Assembly: GCA_027365105.1 (NCBI GenBank)
Contig: DAHXNZ010000001.1
Coordinates: 134,851 to 198,850, forward strand
Length of the DNA: 64,000 nucleotides
Source of the DNA: Thermoplasmata archaeon
Lineage (GTDB): Archaea > Thermoplasmatota > Thermoplasmata > Lutacidiplasmatales > UBA184
Direction of reading: 5' to 3'
The translations under genes were made by a program, and so were the position numbers. The notes under the pieces are model-generated. The model did not search any database. It had not been told where the DNA came from and saw only the letters and a list, made by a program, of their open reading frames with translations. Positions 37,549 to 46,148 of this stretch are shown here, in pieces. Every line of letters starts with the position of its first letter. The first letter of the stretch is position 1.

Positions 37549-38442
37549 TCAAAGGTACGGACCGAGGTCGGCGCGGAGAGGTTCCAAGGCGGCGCGGACC
37601 CGGGCCTCCTCCTCGGCGGTCAACGGGTCGTACGGGGAGGAGTAGCCGACCGGAGCCTGCCGAAGCTCCTGGGCCAGGAACTTGGCGGTCGAAGGGAACG
37701 GTCCGGTGCCGGCGACCGCGGCGAGCCGGGCGATGAGGTCATGGAGCGCGCGGGCCGACTCCGGTTCGGCCGACCGGGCCCGTTTCACGAGCTGGACGGC
37801 GAGTTTCGGCACGATGTTGGCGAGGCCCATGATCGCCCCCGGCGCCCCGTGGGTGATCGACTCGAGGGCGAGCCCATCGTCCCCGGGCAGCACGACGAAC
37901 CCCGGGGGGCGGTCCGCGAGATAGGCGGCGACGCTCTCCCACGCGCCGGCGGTGTTCTTGGCCCCGGCCAGCACCCCCTCCTGGCCCAGGCGGTGGACCA
38001 GCGCCGCCGGCAGGGCGTAGCCCACCAGCGACGGGATGTTGTAGGCGAGGAGCGGCAACCGGACGGCCGCGTGGAGGGCCCGGTAGTATCGCGCCACCGC
38101 CTCCATTGTCGGGTGGAGGTAGTAGGGCGGAACGGCTACAATCGCGGCCGCACCGGCCGATTCGGCCTCTTCGGCAAGCCGGACCGCTTGGCGGGTCGAC
38201 GGCGCCCCGCATCCGACCCACGCATCGACGCCCCAGGTCAGGCTCTCGATGACCGACTCCAGGAGCGGCCCCCGCTCCTCCGGGTCGATCGAGGCGAACT
38301 CCCCCATCGAGCCGAGCAGGAAGACGTGGTCGACGCGCGCGTCGCAGAGCCCCCGGGCGAACCGGGCGTTGCGGGCGGTGTCGACCGCGCCACCCTCTTC
38401 GAACGCGGTCAACATCGGAACCGTCAGCCCATCGAGCGGCAT
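37549..38442 (-). CDS. DapA-family aldolase, probably 2-keto-3-deoxy-gluconate aldolase
   Basis: Dihydrodipicolinate-synthase fold motifs (GSMGEF, AIVAVPPYY, YNIP). Gene context with the glucose dehydrogenase suggests a non-phosphorylative Entner-Doudoroff pair. Confidence 0.7.
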   Translation of the reverse strand: MPLDGLTVPMLTAFEEGGAVDTARNARFARGLCDARVDHVFLLGSMGEFASIDPEERGPLLESVIESLTWGVDAWVGCGAPSTRQAVRLAEEAESAGAAAIVAVPPYYLHPTMEAVARYYRALHAAVRLPLLAYNIPSLVGYALPAALVHRLGQEGVLAGAKNTAGAWESVAAYLADRPPGFVVLPGDDGLALESITHGAPGAIMGLANIVPKLAVQLVKRARSAEPESARALHDLIARLAAVAGTGPFPSTAKFLAQELRQAPVGYSSPYDPLTAEEEARVRAALEPLRADLGPYL

Positions 38443-38474
38443 GGCCCCCCGAGACCCCGCACTCCTAAATCAGT

Positions 38475-39167
38475 ATGGTCTCTTCCCGTCCGGGGATTCG
38501 GGTGCCGAGCCGATGGGTCGGGGGCCTGGACGAGGCCGGCCGGGGCAGCTGGATCGGGCCGATGGTCGTCGGAGCGTTCCGGTTGCCCAGGGACCGACTC
38601 GGCCGGCTGGTCGAACTCGGGGTCCGCGATTCGAAGCTCCTGACCCCGACCCGCCGGACCTTCCTGGCGACCGAACTCGCCCGCGTCGGAGAGATCCGCA
38701 CCCGATCGGTGCCCCCGAAGGTCATCGACCGGTGGGTCGGCCATCACGGTCTCAACGAACTCGAGATCCAGGAGTTCCGTCGACTGATCGAGGGGTGGGA
38801 AGACACCGACATCATCGCCGACGCGTGCGACGTGGACGCCGACCGGTTCGCGGCCCGACTTCGGGCCGGCGCGGGGCCCGAGGTCTCCATCTCGGCCCAT
38901 CACCGGGCCGACCGGACATTCCCCGTCGTCGGCGCCGCGTCGATCGTCGCGAAGGTCCGCCGGGACCGCTCGGTCGCCCGGATCGTCACCCGGCTCGGGG
39001 CCGGACCGGCGAGCGGCTATCCGTCCGACCCCAAGACGGAGACGGTCGTCCGGGCCAGCCTGCGCCCGGGCCAGCCCTGGCCGCCGTGGCTGCGCGGGAG
39101 CTGGAAGACCACCGCAAGGGTTTTGGGCCCCCGGGCCCCCCGCACCCTCGACGACTTCTTCCGATGA
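38475..39167 (+). CDS. rnhB: Ribonuclease HII
   Basis: GLDEAGRGSWIGPMVVGAF... active-site motif plus DSK. The start may be a slightly downstream non-ATG codon. ATGA overlap with the next gene. Confidence 0.85.
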   Translation: MVSSRPGIRVPSRWVGGLDEAGRGSWIGPMVVGAFRLPRDRLGRLVELGVRDSKLLTPTRRTFLATELARVGEIRTRSVPPKVIDRWVGHHGLNELEIQEFRRLIEGWEDTDIIADACDVDADRFAARLRAGAGPEVSISAHHRADRTFPVVGAASIVAKVRRDRSVARIVTRLGAGPASGYPSDPKTETVVRASLRPGQPWPPWLRGSWKTTARVLGPRAPRTLDDFFR

Positions 39168-39499
39168 CGCTCCTCGAACAGCTCTCGGTCCTGGTCGACG
39201 GGTTCAACCGACGGGCCGCCACTACCCCCCGGGTGGCCGAGGAACTCGCCGGCCTCGAACGGACGGTGACCGTCGCGCTCAGCGACGGCTCAGCGTACTC
39301 GGTCGATCTGCGGGGCGGCCGGCTCAGCGGGCTGAGGGCCGAGGCGACGCCGATGGCCGACCTCACTCTCCGCACCGATCCGAGAACCCTCGAGGCCCTT
39401 TTGACCCGGCAACTGGGACCCATGAAGGCCCTGGTGACGCGGCGGCTCGTCCTCGAGGGTTCCCTCGAGGACAAGCTGCTCTTCCGGAAACTCCTCTAA
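39164..39499 (+). CDS. SCP2 (sterol carrier protein-2-like) domain protein
   Basis: 112 aa C-terminal in-frame part of spurious ORF 38249..39499 (MTLLEQLSVLVDGFNRRAATTPRVAEELAGLERTVTVALSDGSAYSVDLRGGRLS...KALVTRRLVLEGSLEDKLLFRKLL). Confidence 0.65.
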   Translation: MTLLEQLSVLVDGFNRRAATTPRVAEELAGLERTVTVALSDGSAYSVDLRGGRLSGLRAEATPMADLTLRTDPRTLEALLTRQLGPMKALVTRRLVLEGSLEDKLLFRKLL

Positions 39500-39511
39500 G
39501 GAACTCCCGTC

Positions 39512-40012
39512 TCAGGGCAGGAAGACGCACGAGGCAATGCAGACCCCGTAGTGGTCCATCGGAATCGAGAGTTCTTCGGTCCGGTAGTGGATCCGTCGCA
39601 GTTCGACGCCCCGGAAGTGAGCGATCTCCTCCATCCGCCACTTGAGGAACTCCTTGAGGGACTTCTGGGTCCCGTGGAGGTGCCCCTCGGCGACATACCC
39701 GCCCTGGCCGTCGGTCCGGAACCCGTAGGCGATGCCGGCGCTGATGACTTCGCCTTCGCCGCCGCTGTGCCGGGAGAGGACGCAGTGCGTGATCGCACCT
39801 CGGGGGATCGTCGTGCGATCCACCTGCCGGATCCCGATGGGAAGCACGGACGAAACGCTCACCAGGTTCTGCTCCCCGATGCCCGCCTGCAGGAGGGCAA
39901 GATCGAAGGCGTTGAGCTCGCTGTTCTTGTTGATCCCCTTCCCGCTGGTGACAAAGAATCGGGTCGGGACAGGGATGAGCGTCGCGGAATGGGGGGCCGT
40001 GCGTCGCGCCAC
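39512..40012 (-). CDS. pdaD: Pyruvoyl-dependent arginine decarboxylase
   Basis: PTRFFVTSGKGINKNSELNAFDLALLQAGIGEQNLVSVSSVLP matches the PdaD self-cleavage region. 166 aa. Confidence 0.8.
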   Translation of the reverse strand: MARRTAPHSATLIPVPTRFFVTSGKGINKNSELNAFDLALLQAGIGEQNLVSVSSVLPIGIRQVDRTTIPRGAITHCVLSRHSGGEGEVISAGIAYGFRTDGQGGYVAEGHLHGTQKSLKEFLKWRMEEIAHFRGVELRRIHYRTEELSIPMDHYGVCIASCVFLP

Positions 40013-40240
40013 GGCAGCGGGAGGTGACTCCCCGAATAAAGATTGCCGCTCGGCCGCGCCGTCCGTGAGCCGGCCCGCTCGCCGACCTTGGATGGGGCCG
40101 TGGGAACTGATCCGCCTCGCGGAGCACGCGGTCGGGGCTCGGGTGGTTGCGTGGGGAGCGCGGCCTCCAATTCCCGGCCCCGTGGCCCCGGCCTTGAAGC
40201 CCGCCGGGGCCCCCGCGAAGGCCCGCGGGGGGGGGGGACC

Positions 40241-41803
40241 TCAGGGCGGAGCCGGGCCGGTCCCACCGGACCGGGAGGCCCGGTGCAGTTCCCGAAGGGT
40301 GAGGATCCAAGTCACCAGCAGCGTCGTCCCCCCCAGGAGCCCCGCACCGTAATAGAGCGATCCCCTCAGGTAGGGGATCGCGGCATACTCGAGGATCCAG
40401 GCGACCATCTGGCGGGTCGCCGAGGGCCCGAGCCGGGTGATCGTCGGGAAGAAGATGCCCAGCGGCGTCACGAAGGCGGCATAGATGATGAGGCCCGAGG
40501 CGGTCAGGGCTGCCGTCACGGCGGCCCACCGTCGTCCGTCGACGACGACCACCCCGAGCGGAACGAGGGAGAGGACCCCCAGGAGCCGCTCCGGCTGGGG
40601 CGTGGGATCGGCGACGAGCACCGAGGCAGCGGTCAGGAGGAGAGCCCACCAGATCCGACGAGACCGCTGGAGGGGAGTGGAGGGCCTTCGCGCGTAGGCC
40701 AACGCAAGGAGGAGCGCCGCGGCCACGACTCCGATCGCCGCCACGCTGCGCAGCAGGGTCGTCAACACGACCGGAGCCCAAGGGGAGCCGACCCACTGAC
40801 CGTACCACCCCCCGGCGGGCGAAGAGGGATTGAAGATGACGGTCAGGCTCGCCCCACCGTACGCGGTCGAAAAGAAGTCGGAGGTGAGGGCCGTGACGAC
40901 TTCCGACGCGGCGAAGAGGAAGACCAGCAGCGCCGGCACCATGCCGACCACGAGCCGGAGGACGGCCCGGCGGGCCGCCGCCCACGGCTCGAGGCCGGCC
41001 AGCGCCGGTCCCGCGGCCACGACGAGCGCCGCCGGGAGGAAGATGAACGGGTAGCCCTTCGTGAAGGTACCGAGGACGATGGCGGCGCCGGCGATGATCC
41101 ACCACCGGTAGAGCAGCGAGAGGAGGAGCACGAGAAGGAAGAGCGCCACGAAGCTGTCCACCTCACCATCCACGACCGACGACCAGAGGACCAGCGGGTT
41201 GAGGACCCAGAGCGCGACCACCCACGTGCGACGGGCGGGGGCCGAGGGCGACCACACCCCGGCGAGGTGGTAGAGCAGCAGTCCGACCAGGAGGTCGGAC
41301 ACAATGAGCGGGGCCTTCCAGGCGAGCAGCGCGGCCGGCGACGGGGAGATCAGGAAGGAGAACCCGGTCGCGGTGGCGAGCGGGGCGAGTTGGGGCACCA
41401 CCGGGAGCAGGCTCCCGGCGCCGAAGAGGAAGGTCGCGAGGGCCACGGTCGGAGCCGCCAGGAACGGGGCCAGCGGCGGTTCCCCCCAGCCAAGGGTGTA
41501 CGGGTTACCGAACTGGAGGACGCTCTGGGCGGCGTGGATGGCCGCGGCGGTGTCGTTGGGCCAGGCGGTCGTGGCGGCGAGCAGGAGACGGACGCACAGC
41601 CCCGTCAGAAAGATCCAGCGGAGCCGTCGGAGCTCGGGGGCCACCGCGAGCTGGCGGAGGAACCGCCGGCCGCGACGGAGGAACTCGACGGGCGATTCGG
41701 GGCTCGAGGCGGGGCCGGTGCCGAGCCCTCCGTCCACCGTCGCCCGTCCTTCCGGCCCGGTCGCCCTTCCGCCGCGCAAACCGACCGGCGAGCGGTGGCG
41801 CAC
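40241..41803 (-). CDS. GT-C-fold integral membrane glycosyltransferase (DUF2029/mannosyltransferase-like), paralog 1
   Basis: ~13 predicted TM helices in an ArnT/PMT-like organisation. The N-terminal region RRLRWIFLTGLCVRLLLA...W mirrors paralog 2. The track start (GTG 41803) is probably too far upstream; the real start likely precedes the first TM. Confidence 0.6.
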   Translation of the reverse strand: MRHRSPVGLRGGRATGPEGRATVDGGLGTGPASSPESPVEFLRRGRRFLRQLAVAPELRRLRWIFLTGLCVRLLLAATTAWPNDTAAAIHAAQSVLQFGNPYTLGWGEPPLAPFLAAPTVALATFLFGAGSLLPVVPQLAPLATATGFSFLISPSPAALLAWKAPLIVSDLLVGLLLYHLAGVWSPSAPARRTWVVALWVLNPLVLWSSVVDGEVDSFVALFLLVLLLSLLYRWWIIAGAAIVLGTFTKGYPFIFLPAALVVAAGPALAGLEPWAAARRAVLRLVVGMVPALLVFLFAASEVVTALTSDFFSTAYGGASLTVIFNPSSPAGGWYGQWVGSPWAPVVLTTLLRSVAAIGVVAAALLLALAYARRPSTPLQRSRRIWWALLLTAASVLVADPTPQPERLLGVLSLVPLGVVVVDGRRWAAVTAALTASGLIIYAAFVTPLGIFFPTITRLGPSATRQMVAWILEYAAIPYLRGSLYYGAGLLGGTTLLVTWILTLRELHRASRSGGTGPAPP

Positions 41804-41807
41804 CTAT

Positions 41808-43277
41808 ATGGCCCTCGCTCCCGATGGGCATTCCGTGCTGCGGAAGGGCTCCGACCGGACCGCGGGGACGGAATGGACCCGCACCGGGAGCCGACGGGTC
41901 CCCGGCCTCGCCCGGCTCGACCGCTGGATCACCCGGACCCCGCGCCGCCGGTTCTGGATCACTGTCGTCACGGTCGGGCTGGCGATCCGGCTGCTCCTCG
42001 CCCCGTGGACCGGAGGAGGAGATCTGGCCACCTACGCCGAGTCGGCCACCTCCCTGGGGCTCGGCGGTGGGCCGTACACCTACCTCATCATCTACCCCCC
42101 CGGCTTCATCGATCTCCTCGCCCTGACGGGCCGGATCGCGGGCGCATGGATCGGGACTCCGATCCTGGTGGGCTCGGATCCCGGCCTCCTCCGGTTCTTC
42201 GCAACCTCGTCCCTCCAGTGGACCGGGAGCCTCGCCACCCCGACGTTCGCCCTGGTCGAGAAGCTGCCGCTCTTCCTTCTGGATCTCGGAGCCGCCGGGC
42301 TCGCCTACCTTCTCGTGCGGGAGTTCGCCGACGAGCGGAGCGCCCGGTGGGCGCTGGTCGGGCTCTTCTGGAACCCGCTCGTACTGTTCCTGAGCGCCGT
42401 CCCGGGGGAGTTCGACATCCTCCCGGCCTTCCTGGTCCTGGCGGCCGTCTACCTCGCCCTGAACGGGCGGGGCCTCTCGAGCGGGGCGGCCCTGGGCCTG
42501 GGTACGGCCATCAAGCTGTTCCCGTTGTTTTTCTTTCCCCTGGTCCTGGCGATCCTCTGGCGCCGCGGGGGGCCGATCCCCTCCCGAAGGGCGATCCCGG
42601 TGGCCACATCCTTGGCCGGGGGGGCGGCCGTGCTGGCCTGGGTCTTCCTTCCCCTGTCGACCACCCAGTCGTACCTGGGTTCCTTCCTGACCGGGCCCAC
42701 CGTCGGCGAGAGCCATGGCGGCTTCGGACTGTGGTCGTGGGCCCAGCTGCCGCACCTCACCCCGGTCAACTGGTGGCTCTTCTGGCACACCGCCCCGATC
42801 ACGGCGGGGATGGAGACGGTCGCGGTCGGGCTCGCCCTCGTCGTCGCGCTCCTCTACCTCGCGCACCGGCCGAGGCTCGGGATCGATCCGGTCCGCACCT
42901 TCCACGCCGCGACCCTGACGGGCCTCGCGGCGCTCCTCACCATGAACGTCGTCGAACCCCAGTATCTGGTCTGGGTCGTACCGTGGCTGGTGGTCACCGC
43001 GGCAGTGACGGCCCGCTTCCGTTGGCCCCTGGTGGCCGTGACCGCGGCCGGGCTCGGGTTCCTCCTCTTCGGTCTCGGAGGTCCGCTCTACTGGCTGGAA
43101 CCGGTGGTGGTGTTCACCCCCTACCTTTCCTGGGGCGCCTTCACGCAGAACCTGGCCGTCTGGGCGCCGACCGCCGCCCTGGTCGCCCCGATCTGCTTCG
43201 TGGTCGGCGCCCTGGCGCTCGCCTTCGTCGGCGTCCGGGCGGTCCGGGAACTGACCCGGGTCGGAGGGATCGCATGA
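41808..43277 (+). CDS. GT-C-fold integral membrane glycosyltransferase (DUF2029-like), paralog 2
   Basis: ATG at 41808 within spurious ORF 41304..43277. RRRFWITVVTVGLAIRLLLAPWTGGGDLATYAESA... then ~12 TM. Start uncertain. ATGA overlap with the next gene. Confidence 0.6.
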   Translation: MALAPDGHSVLRKGSDRTAGTEWTRTGSRRVPGLARLDRWITRTPRRRFWITVVTVGLAIRLLLAPWTGGGDLATYAESATSLGLGGGPYTYLIIYPPGFIDLLALTGRIAGAWIGTPILVGSDPGLLRFFATSSLQWTGSLATPTFALVEKLPLFLLDLGAAGLAYLLVREFADERSARWALVGLFWNPLVLFLSAVPGEFDILPAFLVLAAVYLALNGRGLSSGAALGLGTAIKLFPLFFFPLVLAILWRRGGPIPSRRAIPVATSLAGGAAVLAWVFLPLSTTQSYLGSFLTGPTVGESHGGFGLWSWAQLPHLTPVNWWLFWHTAPITAGMETVAVGLALVVALLYLAHRPRLGIDPVRTFHAATLTGLAALLTMNVVEPQYLVWVVPWLVVTAAVTARFRWPLVAVTAAGLGFLLFGLGGPLYWLEPVVVFTPYLSWGAFTQNLAVWAPTAALVAPICFVVGALALAFVGVRAVRELTRVGGIA

Positions 43278-44359
43278 CCCGACTCCGATGGGTCCGGCGG
43301 GTGGAACTGGCCGTGTTGGCCCTGGTCGTCGCCGTGATCGTCGGCCAGGTGATCGCCTCCTCCGCGCCGTTCGCACCCTCGATCGGGATCGAGCAGTCGT
43401 TGGGCCTCGTCCCGGGACCGACCGTCCGGGCTGTGACCCGCATCTCGAGCAACTTCCCGGCCCAGCTCCAGCTCACCGGCCTCGGCCTCCTCGGGTCGGC
43501 CGGAGTGCCGAGCATCGACTACTACTTCGACGCCCGCTATCCGGTCGAGAACTCCTCGATGGCGAACTGGTACGGCCTGCCGCAGCACCTCGAGAGCCTC
43601 GCCTCGGCCCGGCACCAGCCGCTGACGATCGACCGGATCGACGCGTCGGCGCTGGCCGGACTCCTCGCCCGGCCCCCTTCGGCCGGCTCGATCCTCCTGT
43701 TCGCTTCGGGCGTCTTGCCGTCCACGGTCTACTCGGCGACGCAGAATCGACTGCTGCCCTGGATCCGGGCCGGTGGAGTCGTCGTCTGGGTGGGCGCTCC
43801 GATCGGCGCCTACACGGGCGAGCCGGTCGACCCGCTCCGCTCGCCGGCGCAGGCCCAGGCCGTTCCCGGGGGGGAGGCTCAGTTCCTCAACGCCACGTGG
43901 CGGGCTCCGGGAGCGACCCTGCTCCCGACCCCGGGCCCGATCGCGACCGCACTGAACGTGGCCTACCCTTACGGGCTCTCGGCCGGCCTGCTCAACGGCT
44001 CGGCGATCGTTCGCCTCGGCGGCGAGATCCTGGGCTACGAAGCGGCCGGAGCGACGAACCTGGCCCGGATCCCGATCGGCCATGGGGAGCTGGTCGACGG
44101 AGCGGCTCCCGTGGTCGACCTGCCGAGGCTCGCCCCGGCGCTCCTCAACCTGATCGAGACCCGGGCCATCCTCGGGCCGGTCGATCTGCTCGGCACTCTC
44201 GCGGTCCCGATTCTCCCGGGAAGTCAGCCCACCGTGACCCAGGATTGGGCTCTCCCGGCTCCTCTCGCCCAGTCGCAGGACGCGACGGTCTGCGCCTGGG
44301 CGGTCGAGACCGACTATCTGGCGCCGCTGGCCGCCCTGACCTGCGCTCCGATCTACTGA
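43274..44359 (+). CDS. Exported/membrane-anchored protein of unknown function (N-terminal TM anchor)
   Basis: In-frame tail of the 1438-aa spurious ORF 40043..44359. MTRLRWVRRVELAVLALVVAVIVGQVIASSAPF... is followed by a ~330 aa soluble, Ala/Leu/Gly/Pro-rich domain. Co-transcribed with GT-C paralog 2. Confidence 0.55.
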   Translation: MTRLRWVRRVELAVLALVVAVIVGQVIASSAPFAPSIGIEQSLGLVPGPTVRAVTRISSNFPAQLQLTGLGLLGSAGVPSIDYYFDARYPVENSSMANWYGLPQHLESLASARHQPLTIDRIDASALAGLLARPPSAGSILLFASGVLPSTVYSATQNRLLPWIRAGGVVVWVGAPIGAYTGEPVDPLRSPAQAQAVPGGEAQFLNATWRAPGATLLPTPGPIATALNVAYPYGLSAGLLNGSAIVRLGGEILGYEAAGATNLARIPIGHGELVDGAAPVVDLPRLAPALLNLIETRAILGPVDLLGTLAVPILPGSQPTVTQDWALPAPLAQSQDATVCAWAVETDYLAPLAALTCAPIY

Positions 44360-44374
44360 TCGAACCGACCGGGC

Positions 44375-44947
44375 TCAGACCAGGATCGCGTGGCGCCGCC
44401 GCATCGATTCCTCGGATTCGCCCCGGCGCGCCATGAGCTCGGCGATGAGGGCGTCGGTGAGCCTCAAGCTGGCCGACTCGAAGAGGGTTCCGAGCGGGGC
44501 CATCTCGGGCCGTCCGGGGGCTTCCGCGAGCGGGACCTCCAGTAGGACGGTCGCCGTATGGGCGAGCTTCGAGGTCGCGCGACCGGTGAGGACCACCAGT
44601 TCGGCCCCTTCCCGCCGGACGATGTTGGCGACCTGGATGCTCGAGTAGCTCTCGCCCCGGCCGGAGAGGATGAAGACCGCGTCGCCGCGGCGGACGATCG
44701 GCGTCACGCTCTCGCCGATCACGTAGGCCTGCAGCCCGATCTGGACCAGGCGCATGGCGAAGGCCCGCCCGATGATCCCGCTGCGGCCCGCGCCGTAGAT
44801 GAAGATCGCCGGCGCGCGCAGCAGGAGCTCGGTGGCCCGGACGACCGCCGCCGCATCGATCCGCTCGACCGCCTCGGTGACCCGGTCCCCGATGTACCGG
44901 GCCGCCTTTTCGAAGCGGGCGGGGCTAACGACGGGTGGACGCCGCAC
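44375..44947 (-). CDS. SIS-domain protein (6-phospho-3-hexuloisomerase / KpsF-like sugar-phosphate isomerase)
   Basis: SIS motifs (IFIYGAGRSGIIGRAFAMRL...AVFILSGRGES...VVLTG). Start set at the in-frame GTG 44947; the track ORF starts at 45139 with 64 junk codons. Confidence 0.65.
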   Translation of the reverse strand: MRRPPVVSPARFEKAARYIGDRVTEAVERIDAAAVVRATELLLRAPAIFIYGAGRSGIIGRAFAMRLVQIGLQAYVIGESVTPIVRRGDAVFILSGRGESYSSIQVANIVRREGAELVVLTGRATSKLAHTATVLLEVPLAEAPGRPEMAPLGTLFESASLRLTDALIAELMARRGESEESMRRRHAILV

Positions 44948-46148
44948 GATGGACTCCCGGCCTACGGGAGACGGGAGGATGCTTTGGAGCTTTCGCACGC
45001 CCCGCCGGCTTCGGTTTCGGCCGCCCGGCCGGGCCCTTCGCCCCCGGGGGCGTCCTTGATGGCGCAGCGGCCGGCAATCGAGGGGCGGGTGCGGGCGGCG
45101 TCTGCATCTTCGCCCACCGCCGGGTGAGGGCCCGCTCATAGAGGAGCTTCATGTACATCGCGTCGTGCTCGAGCAGGGGAGAGCTGGAGATGACGGTGAG
45201 GTCGTAGTCCCGGCCGACGAGGAACTCCGCCAACGGATCGAACCGGATCGATCCTCGCTTGATCGGGGTCAGCCGGAACTCGCCCGGCCCGTACTGTTCG
45301 AGGCCCGAGAAGTGGGCGTAGAGCCGGCTCGGACACGCCGCCCGGAACTCGGCCACCAACGGCTCATACTCGGCCGCCGTCTCAAGCTTGAGCCGCTCCC
45401 GCGCCGCGAGGTGAGGAAGATTGAGCACCGGAACCAGGCCCTTCACCTTCCGGGTCATCCCTAGGACCTCCTCCCGGGACCCGAAGACGTCGGGATGTCC
45501 ACTGGGCTCGACGGCGAGCCGGACGTGGCCACGGCTGTACTGCTGGACCCACTTGGCGAGCGGGGCGATCACGTCCGTGATCCGGTCGGCGCTGTCGGTC
45601 CGGGGCCCCGGCCCGTAGAAGCCCAGGTGGGTCACGACCAGGCGCGCGCCCAGACCGGCGGCGAGGACCGCCGACCACTGGACCTGCCGGATCGACCGCT
45701 CCCGGGCCTCGGCGCTACCGAAGAAGTCGACGTAGTAGGGAGCGTGGAGGGTCAGTTCGACATCGAGGGCCCGGGCGATGTCCCGGGTGGTGGCGAGGTC
45801 GGCGTGCTCCTTGGCGAGGCTCCAGGTCAGCGTCGTCAGGAGGTCCCGCTTCTGGATCGGCGCGTCCAGCGAGAACGGCCGAGTCCGGTCCTCCTTGGTA
45901 CCCGGTGAGTCGACCTGGACGACCAGCTGCTGCGGGAGTTCGCGCGGCGTCTTGCCGACCTCCTCAGCGAACGCCGGCCGGACGGTCGGGTTGACCTTGA
46001 TGAACTGGATCTCCATCGCCGACAAGCCGAGCAGGTGCACATCGGCGATGCCGTCGCGTAACGTGCGTCCCTTGCAGGAGAGGGGAATACCGGCCGGACC
46101 GAATCGGATCACTGGAAAACGACCTTCAAAGGAGGGAGTCGGGCTCAA
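44925..46148 (-). CDS. nfo: AP endonuclease family 2 (endonuclease IV-like TIM barrel) with basic low-complexity C-terminal tail
   Basis: LTLHAPYYVDF (Nfo HxPY signature), VTHLGF and LAVEPSG metal-site motifs. The C-terminal ~65 aa are P/A/K/R-rich (PKPKPAGRAKAPKHPP...). Confidence 0.7.
   Translation of the reverse strand: MSPTPSFEGRFPVIRFGPAGIPLSCKGRTLRDGIADVHLLGLSAMEIQFIKVNPTVRPAFAEEVGKTPRELPQQLVVQVDSPGTKEDRTRPFSLDAPIQKRDLLTTLTWSLAKEHADLATTRDIARALDVELTLHAPYYVDFFGSAEARERSIRQVQWSAVLAAGLGARLVVTHLGFYGPGPRTDSADRITDVIAPLAKWVQQYSRGHVRLAVEPSGHPDVFGSREEVLGMTRKVKGLVPVLNLPHLAARERLKLETAAEYEPLVAEFRAACPSRLYAHFSGLEQYGPGEFRLTPIKRGSIRFDPLAEFLVGRDYDLTVISSSPLLEHDAMYMKLLYERALTRRWAKMQTPPAPAPRLPAAAPSRTPPGAKGPAGRPKPKPAGRAKAPKHPPVSRRPGVHRAASTRR

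Noticed and set aside
40043-44359. 1438-aa plus-strand ORF
   Set aside because: A chimera of antisense/off-frame sequence over the GT-C genes. Only its last 361 codons (from the ATG at 43274) form a plausible gene.
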